Assembly (NCBI RefSeq): GCF_046119375.1
Contig: NW_027362768.1
Coordinates: 385,020,001 to 385,084,000 of the forward strand
DNA from: Phyllobates terribilis
Lineage: Eukaryota
Direction of reading: 5' to 3'
DNA length: 64,000 bases
Below are positions 9,301 through 17,908 of the stretch, in pieces. A model generated the notes under the pieces. The model was given only the letters and a program-made list of their open reading frames with translations, was not told the origin of the DNA and ran no database searches. The translations under genes were made by a program, and so were the position numbers. Positions within the stretch are counted from its first letter, which is position 1; every line of letters begins with the position of its first letter.

Positions 9301-11661
9301 GAAGTTATGGTGGGTGGGGGGTATAATTTAAGGTACCCGGACCCCTCTGGTCTCATTCCCTGTCACTAACAGCTCAGCATCACATTGATTTGCTGGTAGG
9401 AACCAGCGGTGCGGCCATGTCTCCAGTGTCCCAGGAGCAGATTTCGACACAACATTCCCAGGCTGCATGTTCCTCGCATTACTGTGAGCCTGCGTGGCCT
9501 AAACCAGCTTCCATCGTGTCTCCGCACTTGTCCCCCGCCGAGTTGTCTCCATCGAACACATCGGGGGACGTCACTGATCAGTGATCACACAGGGGCTGCC
9601 GGCAGCGGACCCTGATGATTTCCTTCCTCGGACGACCATTAATGACCTCAGTGACAGCAGCCGAGGCCGGAGCTGCCGGGATTTCTGCACGAGGCTCGGA
9701 CTCCGGACTGGAGACATCCAGGGGTTGTGATAATTCAGTCTCCATCAGTCGCAGATCAGTGACGTCTCCATATTTCCACCACGTCTTGGTTCGGTAAATT
9801 CACTGTTGAGTGTAAATCTGTGGATTCGACTCTGGACAGTTTTGGTTTTTGTTCCTTTGACAGACAAGAAGATAATTGGATCTGTAGGAAGAGCAGAGAT
9901 GGGGACGGCAGAAAGGGGCAGAGGGGATAGTGGAGGCCCCTAATTGTGGTTCGGGTGGAATCGTCTCATGTGAACTATGGAGCGGAGTCATCTCCGGATC
10001 TCATAGTATGTGGTGCTGTGATGACGGCGGCACAGGCCATTATTATCCTCCTCCGCGCTCCCCAGTCAGGCCAAGCCTCCTCCTCCTCCGCGCTCCCCAG
10101 TCAGGCCAAGCCTCCTCCTCCTCCGCGCTCCCCAGTCAGGCCAAGCCTCCTCCTCCTCCGCGCTCCCCAGTCAGGTCCCGTCTCCTCCTCCTCCGCGCTC
10201 CCCAGTCAGGTCCCGTCTCCTCCTCCTCCGCGCTCCCCAGTCAGGTCCCGTCTCCTCCTCCTCCGCGCTCCCCAGTCAGGTCCCGTCTCCTCCTCCTCCG
10301 CGCTCCCCAGTCAGGTCCCGCCTCCTCCTCCTCCGCGCTCCCCAGTCAGGTCCCGTCTCCTCCTCCTCCGCGCTCCCCAGTCAGGTCCCGTCTCCTCCTC
10401 CTCCGCGCTCCCCAGTCAGGTCCCGCCTCCTCCTCCTCCGCGCTCCCCAGTCAGGTCCCGCCTCCTCCTCCTCCGCGCTCCCCAGTCAGGTCCCGTCTCC
10501 TCCTCCTCCGCGCTCCCCAGTCAGGTCCCGCCTCCTCCTCCTCCGCGCTCCCCAGTCAGGTCCCGCCTCCTCCTCCTCCTCTGCGCTCCCCAGTCAGGTC
10601 CCGCCTCCTCCTCCTCCGCGCTCCCCAGTCAGGTCCCGCCTCCTCCTCCTCCGCGCTCCCCAGTCAGGTCCCGCCGCCTCCGCGCTCCCCAGTCAGGTCC
10701 CGCCGCCTCCTCCTCCTCCGCGCTCCCCAGTCAGGTCCCGCCTCCTCCTCCTCCGCGCTCCCCAGTCAGGTCCCGCCGCCTCCTCCTCCTCCGCGCTCCC
10801 CAGTCAGGTCCCGCCTCCTCCTCCTCCGCGCTCCCCAGTCAGGTCCCGCCGCCTCCTCCTCCTCCGCGCTCCCCAGTCAGGTCCCGCCGCCTCCTCCTCC
10901 TCCGCGCTCCCCAGTCAGGTCCCGCCGCCTCCTCCTCCTCCGCGCTCCCCAGTCAGGTCCCGCCTCCTCCGCGCTCCCCAGTCAGGTCCCGCCGCCTCCT
11001 CCTCCTCCGCGCTCCCCAGTCAGGTCCCGCCTCCTCCTCCTCCGCGCTCCCCAGTCAGGTCCCGCCGCCTCCTCCTCCTCCGCGCTCCCCAGTCAGGTCC
11101 CGCCGCCTCCTCCTCCTCCGCGCTCCCCAGTCAGGTCCCGCCGCCTCCTCCTCCTCCGCGCTCCCCAGTCAGGTCCCGCCGCCTCCTCCTCCTCCGCGCT
11201 CCCCAGTCAGGTCCCGCCGCCTCCTCCTCCTCCGCGCTCCCCAGTCAGGTCCCGCCTCCTCCTCCTCCGCGCTCCCCAGTCAGGTCCCGCCGCCTCCTCC
11301 TCCTCCGCGCTCCCCAGTCAGGTCCCGCCGCCTCCTCCTCCGCGCTCCCCAGTCAGGTCCCGCCTCCTCCTCCTCCGCGCTCCCCAGTCAGGTCCCGCCT
11401 CCTCCTCCTCCGCGCTAACCAGTCGGGCCCCGCCCCCTCCGCCCTCCCCAGTCAGGCCCCGCCCACTCAGCGGTCAGGCCCCGCCCCCTCCGTCACTCAC
11501 TTGCCCTCCTGGCAGTCGTACAGGACGATGGAGTCGTCGTCGCTGCTGGAGATCACCGTCTCTCCCGTTGGGCTGAAGTCGAAACAGTTGATTTTATCCG
11601 AATTTTCCCGGAAGACTTTGGCCACTCGGAAACTGCGCAGAACGTTGTCGGTCAACTTCAT
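3349..11661 (-). CDS. WDR82: WD repeat-containing protein 82 (SET1/COMPASS and PP1-PNUTS subunit), spliced gene span
   Basis: Coding exons: 11501-11661, 8664-8761, [exon 3 missing, 67 bp expected], 4790-4889, 4587-4703, 4300-4455, 4149-4218, 3933-4074, 3349-3378. All GT-AG; translation matches the recalled vertebrate WDR82 from [25 protein letters not shown] to AFWLPTIDD*. Confidence 0.97.
3933..4074 (-). CDS. WDR82: WDR82 exon 8 (142 bp; apparent 1-bp deletion near 4055)
   Basis: SEDGKI then frame change to [40 protein letters not shown]. Confidence 0.93.
4149..4218 (-). CDS. WDR82: WDR82 exon 7
   Basis: [23 protein letters not shown]; 70 bp. Confidence 0.96.
4300..4455 (-). CDS. WDR82: WDR82 exon 6
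   Basis: [52 protein letters not shown]; 156 bp. Confidence 0.96.
4587..4703 (-). CDS. WDR82: WDR82 exon 5
   Basis: [39 protein letters not shown]; 117 bp. Confidence 0.96.
4790..4889 (-). CDS. WDR82: WDR82 exon 4
   Basis: [33 protein letters not shown]; 100 bp. Confidence 0.96.
5064..7564. repeat. Homopurine (GGA/GGAA/GGGGAA) low-complexity tract interrupted by N gaps
   Basis: Almost only G and A on + strand; GGAGGAGGAAGGGGACGA-type units at 5085-5345. Confidence 0.95.
5940..7664. other. Five assembly gaps (5940-6147, 6491-6666, 6951-7197, 7320-7496, 7565-7664)
   Basis: N runs of 208, 176, 247, 177 and exactly 100 bases. Confidence 0.98.
7703..8328. repeat. 86-bp tandem repeat, about 7 copies (CCAGAGCTGCACTCAC-core family)
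   Basis: Unit ccagagctgcactcactattctgctggtgcagtcactgtgtacatacattacattactgatcctgagttacatcctgtattatact; ORF starts recur every 86 bp. Confidence 0.95.
8441..8523 (-). ncRNA. let-7g: let-7g precursor hairpin in WDR82 intron 2; mature 5p 8498-8519 UGAGGUAGUUGUUUGUACAGUU; 3p 8442-8462
   Basis: Minus strand gggcUGAGGUAGUUGUUUGUACAGUUuaagggucugugacaucacccgcggucGGAGauaaCUGUACAGGCUACUGCCUUGCc; arms pair; let-7 seed; GGAG motif; same host intron as mammalian let-7g. Confidence 0.96.
8664..8761 (-). CDS. WDR82: WDR82 exon 2
   Basis: [32 protein letters not shown]; 98 bp; AG/GT flanks. Confidence 0.96.
8872..8939. mobile_element. Short palindromic MITE remnant (same family as 51814-51973)
   Basis: gagggtttgttacaattgtatccag ... 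gatgcaatgtaacaaac inverted ends. Confidence 0.6.
9020..9800. mobile_element. Foldback/MITE-like dispersed element, copy A
   Basis: About 9540-9730 is the reverse complement of about 54030-54230; termini are imperfect inverted repeats and match the ends of copy B (tgatggaaagtggaaacaa; tccatcagtcgcagatcagtgacgtctcc). Confidence 0.7.
10047..11415. repeat. GC-rich 31-37-bp minisatellite, about 40 copies, WDR82 intron 1
   Basis: Unit (ctc)n cgcgctccccagtcaggtcccgc(cgc). Confidence 0.95.
11501..11661 (-). CDS. WDR82: WDR82 coding exon 1
   Basis: [53 protein letters not shown](K); 161 bp; donor GTGAGT. Confidence 0.97.
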
Positions 11662-11894
11662 GGCGCCCCCGGAGTTGTCAGGCCAGGATGGAGGAGTCCG
11701 GAGGGAGGAGCCAGTGATTCTCCCGGCTCCTCGCGGTGACTGCCCCGGTGTGAGGCTCGGCGCTGCTCAGGGACGAGTCCCCCCAGAAATGTCAGGTTCA
11801 CTGACACCCGCGGCGGGGGGAGGTCTGTGACGGCGGGCAGGGGAGGCCGCTCAGGACGGGTCCCAGCTTCCCGGAGCTCCGGGCTGACGGCGGC

Positions 11895-12111
11895 TCAGAT
11901 TTGGCGCCTCTCGGCCGCTCTCATTGTCTCCGCCATGTTGCTGCAGGAGCCGGGGTGGGAGGAGCTACGCCGAAAGGCACTTGTAAAGTACGGCTGTTCC
12001 TATTGGCTGAAGAAGCGTTTACGTCAGACTGTTACGTAAACGTCTGCGCCGCGCTGTGAGTGGCCGCCATATTATGTGTGGCATGCGGACTCCTGGCGGT
12101 CACGTGTGAGT
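11895..12111. promoter_or_regulatory. CpG-rich promoter of WDR82, possibly shared head-to-head with GLYCTK
   Basis: YY1-type CCGCCATNTT at 11930 and 12064 (another at 12262), ATTGG 12002-12006, CRE-like TTACGTCA 12019, TTACGTAA 12032, E-box CACGTG 12101. Confidence 0.65.
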
Positions 12112-12216
12112 GTTACGGGGCTCAGTGTCTGGTGCGGGGCGGCTGCGACAGGATGGGACACAAATGCCGCAGAGTCTGACCGGTCTCTTGTTTCGTCCCC
12201 AGCGCCTTGTAGTTTT

Positions 12217-12700
12217 TATTAACCCCTTAACATCGCCTTCTTCCGTCTGTACGGTTTATTGCCGCCATTTTAGGGCGAATACGAAGGTTTTATCACTTTT
12301 TTTATTGTATTTTTTCTGCGAGGCGAATTGAAACACAGCTTGTTTTTATCATTATTATTTCTTGGGTTAAACAATTTTACATTTTGATAGAGCGGACTGT
12401 TCTGGATGCAGCAGCGACAAATTGGTTTATTTTTTAACTGGGAGGTAAAGGATCAAAATGTGTTTTATTAGGTTTTATTGAAAACTTTTTTTTCCCTTTT
12501 TAAGTCCCCATTAGGACTTGATCCTCCGATCGTCCGATCTCCTGTGCTGTATACTGCGATACCGCGTGTAGTATATAGATCTAGTAACTGTCTCCTATGG
12601 CGGCACAGAGAAATCAGAATTGTCACAGCCTCAAAAAAAATATATATTCGTCAGGGTCATAGAAGAGCGGAGCTCACAACTTTATAGCCCCCACAAAGTC
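12217..12700. mobile_element. Non-autonomous DNA transposon fragment, piggyBac-like end
   Basis: Begins TTAACCCCTT (TTAA plus CCC end); AT-rich body; family assignment from recall only. Confidence 0.35.
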
Positions 12701-12870
12701 ATTTTCCTCTTACTGAAGCTAATTCTTTTTTCATTCCCCCCATAGAGTACAATGCCAAAAAAAAGTGCCCCCATGGTGATTTCCTCCACGCACAGTGTAT
12801 GATGAACCTACACCCCCCACCTCAAAACACCCTGGTCCCCAACACAGCATGATGCCCCCCCAACTGTGAT

Positions 12871-14895
12871 CCCCACACAGTCCTCCATACAGTATAATGA
12901 CCCCACACCCCTCCACTCTGTATAATAGCTCCCACATCTCTCCACACAGTATGATGACCCCCACATAGTCCTCCATACAGTATAATTGCCCCACATAGTC
13001 CTCCATACAGTATAATGGCCCCACATAGTCCTCCATACAGTATAATGGCCCCACATAGTCCTCCATACAGTATAATGGCCCCACATAGTCCTCCATACAG
13101 AATAATGGCCACCACATAATCCTCCATACAGTATAATGGGCCCCACATAGTCCTCCATACAGTATAATGGGCCCCACATAGTCCTCCATACAGTATAGTA
13201 GGTACCACATAGTCCTCCATACAGAATAATGGCCCCACATAGTCCTCCATACAGAATAATGGCCCCACATAGTCCTCCATACAGAATAATGGCCCCACAT
13301 AGTCCTCCATACCGTATAATGGCCCCACATAGTTCTCCATACAGAATAATGGCCCCACATAGTCCTCCATACAGTATAATGGGCCCCACATAGTCCTCCA
13401 TACAGAATAATGGCCCCACATAGTCCTCCATGCAGTATAATGGGCTCCACATAATCCTCCATACAGTATAGTAGGTACCACATAGTCCTCCATACAGAAT
13501 AATGGCCCCACATAGTCCTCCATACCGTATAATGGCCCCACATAGTTCTCCATACAGAATAATGGCCCCACATAGTCCTCCATACAGTATAATGGGCCCC
13601 ACATAGTCCTCCATACAGAATAATGGCCCCACATAGTTCTCCATACAGTATAATGGTCCCACATAGTTCTCCATACAGAATAATGGCCCACATAGTCCTC
13701 CATACCGTATAATGGCCCCACATAGTTCTCCATACAGAATAATGGCCCCACATAGTCCTCCATACCGTATAATGCCCCCACATAGTCCTCCATACCGTAT
13801 AATGGCCCCACATAGTCCTCCATACAGTATAATGGGCCCCACATAGTCCTCCATACAGTATAATGGGCCCCACATAGTCCTCCATACAGAATAATGGCCT
13901 CACATAGTCCTCCATACAGTATAATAGGTACCACATAGTCATCAGTACAATATAATGGACCTCACATAGTCCTCCATACAGTATAATGGCCCCACATAGT
14001 CCTCCATACAGTATAATGGGTACCACATAGTCCTCAGTACAATATAATGGACCTCACATAGTCCTCCATACAGTATAATGGCCCCACATAGTCCTCCATG
14101 CAGAATAATGACCCCACATAGTCCTCCATACAGTATAATGGCCCCACATAGTCCTCCATACAGAATAATGGCCCCACATAGTCCTCCATACAGAATAATG
14201 GACCCCACATAGTCCTCCATACAGTATAATGGCCCCACATAGTCCTCCATACAGAATAATGTCCCCATACTTCCCCATACAGTATAATGACCCCCACACC
14301 CCTCAATACAGTATAATGGCCTCCACATAGTCCTCCATACAGTATAATGGGCCCCACATAGTCCTCCATACAGTATAATGGGCCCCACATAGTCCTCCAT
14401 ACAGAATAATGGCCTCACATAGTCCTCCATACAGTATAATAGGTACCACATAGTCATCAGTACAATATAATGGACCTCACATAGTCCTCCATACAGTATA
14501 ATGGCCCCACATAGTCCTCCATACAGTATAATGGGTACCACATAGTCCTCAGTACAATATAATGGACCTCACATAGTCCTCCATACAGTATAATGGCCCC
14601 ACATAGTCCTCCATGCAGAATAATGACCCCACATAGTCCTCCATACAGTATAATGGCCCCACATAGTCCTCCATACAGAATAATGGCCCCACATAGTCCT
14701 CCATACAGAATAATGGACCCCACATAGTCCTCCATACAGTATAATGGCCCCACATAGTCCTCCATACAGAATAATGTCCCCATACTTCTCCATACAGTAT
14801 AATGACCCCCACACCCCTCAATACAGTATAATGGCCTCCACATAGTGCTCCATACAGTACAATGGCCCCCACATAGTCCTCCATGCAGTATAATC
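12871..14895. repeat. 30-31-bp minisatellite, about 65 copies
   Basis: Unit ccccacatagtcctccatacagtataatgg with variants. Confidence 0.95.
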
Positions 14896-14949
14896 ACTTG
14901 GGGGGGGGTGGCTTTAAAACTTATTAAGGACTCTTTTTTATGTTTAAGG

Positions 14950-16560
14950 GAATTAGTTGGATAATCTCTGTGAACCTTTGTGCCATCTTGTCCAGCCTAG
15001 TTAATAGAAGGGTGTCTGTGGAGACTATCCTTAAGATGCGTTTCATATTGTGAGCGCGGAAGGCTGTTCATTGTAGACTTGGGGTGGCAGCTTGACCAGT
15101 GCAGTAGGCTGTTGAAATCAGTTGGTTTCGAATAGAAGTCTGTGGGGAGGTAATCTACGGGGTGAAGAAATGAGATTTTAGCAGTGTCCTACTTCAGTGT
15201 GAACTGTAACTCGGGTGTGATGGAGTTGAGGAAGTTAGCAAAGGAAATGAGTGCATCATGGGGACCATTCCAGATCCAGAAGACATCATCAATATAATCT
15301 TTATCAACAGATAGAGGGAAATATGAATAAATCATTGGTATAGAAAAATTGGTTCTCAAGGTGGTCCATGTAGCAGTTGGCATAAGCCGGGGCAACATTT
15401 GACCCCATGGCGGTGCCACAGATCTGGAGATAGAATTTTCTAAATTCGAAGAAGTTCTCATGTAAGATTAGGGAAAGAAGGTCGGTGCATAGTGTTCATT
15501 CATGGGATAAGTATGAGTTCTTAAGCATGTCCGTTACAGCTAGTAAACCCATATCATGTTTGAGGCTGTTGACATCAAGAGTCACCAAAATGCTGTCCGG
15601 TGGGACTATAGTTAAGTGTTTAATCGCCTGGAGAAAGTGTTGTGTGTCTTGTATGAAGGAGCTAGTCTTTTTGACTAGTGGAGGGAGTATCTTCTCTGGA
15701 TAGATAGAGGATAAATAATCGAGTATGTGGAGGGTGGAGGCCACTATAGGACATCCAGGAGGATTGTGTAAGGATTTATGCATTTTAGGTTGGATATAAA
15801 AAAAAAAAAATGGAGTCACAGGGTGCGGATTATTAAGGAATGTTGCAGTTCTCTGATTAATAGGATTGAGATGTTTGGTGACAACTTGTCAAATCTTGTT
15901 TCTAATGGTCTTGGATTGACGTGAGGACCTTGAATCCTTCTGTCATCTGGATACAAAATTGAGATCTTTATTGAGGGCCAGTGAATCTGTCGCTTCCAGA
16001 GCTGAAGGAGTCCTGTTGTCGTGGTCTGAAGTTGGAGCGCCAAGGACCTGAAGTGGAGGAATCGTTCCATTTATAAATTCTATAGTTTAGGTAATCTTCC
16101 GTGTCCCTTTGGAACTTTTGTCATTTTCTTTCCCGTAAGATTTTACAGCGTTTGTGATTGATGGTCTTGGTCTTCAAGTGGTCCCAGTCGGGAGAGGATA
16201 GGGTAGCCGCCAACTGGGCTTGAGAATCCAAAATGGCTTTTTGAAGGAATTCCACAGTTAAGATGATATCAAGTGAACACTTGCGGAGAATTTTCTTGTC
16301 TCTTTCGCTGTAGTCTTGGTTATTGGCCAATAACGTAGGTGACATCTAAGGCCCTGAGGAATTTTGCCTTGTCCGTGGCATTCGGCCAGTGTGAGCCGAG
16401 TGCACGCCAACACTCCACTACCTGCGTGCGGGTATTGGGCACCCTGGGCAGATATCCGGGCAGGATCGCGCGGTTTACATGCCTTTATCAGCGATTGACA
16501 GCAGCAGTTAAGGAGTTACCTGCAGCGATTCACATCTCCTGGGGGACTAAAAGTGGAAGA
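14950..16560 (-). mobile_element. Decayed Penelope-like retroelement (RT plus upstream ORF remnant)
   Basis: PKMHKSLHNPPGCPIVAS, SFIQDTQHFL, SILVTLDVNSL, YIDDVFWIWNGPHDALISFANFLNSITPELQFT, KPTDFNSLLHWSSCHP follow Penelope RT motif order; multiple stops and frameshifts. Confidence 0.8.
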
Positions 16561-17558
16561 AAAAAGTTTTTATAGAACATAAAAATCTAAAAATATTGAG
16601 TCCCCCCCCATTACTTCCCTCTTCATGTCGTCGTACAGGTGTCGTCAGAGGATGGACGGGGGGCTCCTTTAATTCCCGGCTCGTTCCATGTCCCCGGAGG
16701 CCCCACAGCGAGTCCCGAGTAAACCTCGGCTAATTATTAATGTGACAGTGAAAGTTTTTTTCTCAGGAAGATAAACAAAGTCCTGGACTTTAGACGCTGC
16801 CGGCAGATCTGCGGGGTGCTGCATACCGGGAACGAGGGGGACGACAGAAAGGCACGATGCCTGCACGGTGACAGCGGCTGCTCCGCGAGGAGAGGAGGTA
16901 ACGCTGCTGATTTCATACTGGACCCCAAACCTGCGCCCTGCGAGTCCGACACATCACACGGCCCCTGTATCTGCTCCCACGGGGGCATCCAGGACTAGAA
17001 ACACTCTTCACATCCAGAAACAGCGCCACTGCTGCCCACAGACTCTGCCTGGTACTGCAGCTTCAAGCGAACCAGGCTAGTTGCAATACCATAATGCAGC
17101 CTGTGGATGGGACGGGTCCCTCCCCTAAATATAAATTGACCATTAGATATTTCCGTCTCCGTAGCCGTCTGATCAAGTAACGCATAAACGTATTTACTCG
17201 ATTGTCAAACACCGAAAAGAAAAAATATATTGAAACTCCAGAATCGCAGTTTTCTGATCGCTGCTGTATAACCGGCGAATGTTCCCCAAACTGTCACCGA
17301 TAAAAGACAGCGGCCGCGCCAAACACGAGATGTCACTCAGCTGCATTGATTGGTAAAAAAAATGGCGGCACAGGACGAAACGTTTTTATTTTTGCAAAGT
17401 TTTTAATTATTTTTCACCACTTTAAAAAATAAAATAAAACTCCCCAATTTGGTGTCGCCGCCATCGCGGGGGCAGGCGCTGGTTCAGGGTAATATGGCGC
17501 AAGCCAAGAACTAATGGGATTATTCTGCTGTGTCCCTGCAGGCGGCCGAACTCCCTCT

Positions 17559-17908
17559 ATGGCCCGAATATTAGGACGCGTCTTCTCCCGCCCATCGCAC
17601 CGTCCTATCGGAAACATGGCAGCTCTGCAGGATGACGCCCACCGGGTATTTTGGAGTGCTGTGTCAGCCGTCTTACCGCCCCGTATGTTACAGAGAGCGC
17701 TGGCCATCAGGGAAACCACCGGACCCCCCGTCCTACAGTGCGAAAGGAAGGAGATCCCCCTGGAGAACAACCTCTATCTGGTAGGGTTTGGGAAGGCTGT
17801 ACTGGGTATGGCGGCTGCAGTGGAGCAGATCGTCGGGAAGCATTTGGTGGAAGGAGTGATCAGCGTCCCCCTGGGCATCGAGGAGACCCTCCGACAGGCG
17901 GGAAAGAG
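17559..17908 (+). CDS. GLYCTK: GLYCTK first coding exon (acceptor at 17541/17542)
   Basis: MARILGRVFSRPSH...NNLYLVGFGKAVLGMAAAVEQIVGKHLVEGVISVPLGIEETLRQAGK; donor GTAAC. Confidence 0.93.

Noticed and set aside
17200-17480. AT-rich segments here and at about 53780-53960, 58400-58520 and 61980-62340 resembling common frog DNA-transposon remnants
   Set aside because: No clear termini or coding motifs; family cannot be assigned without a repeat library search
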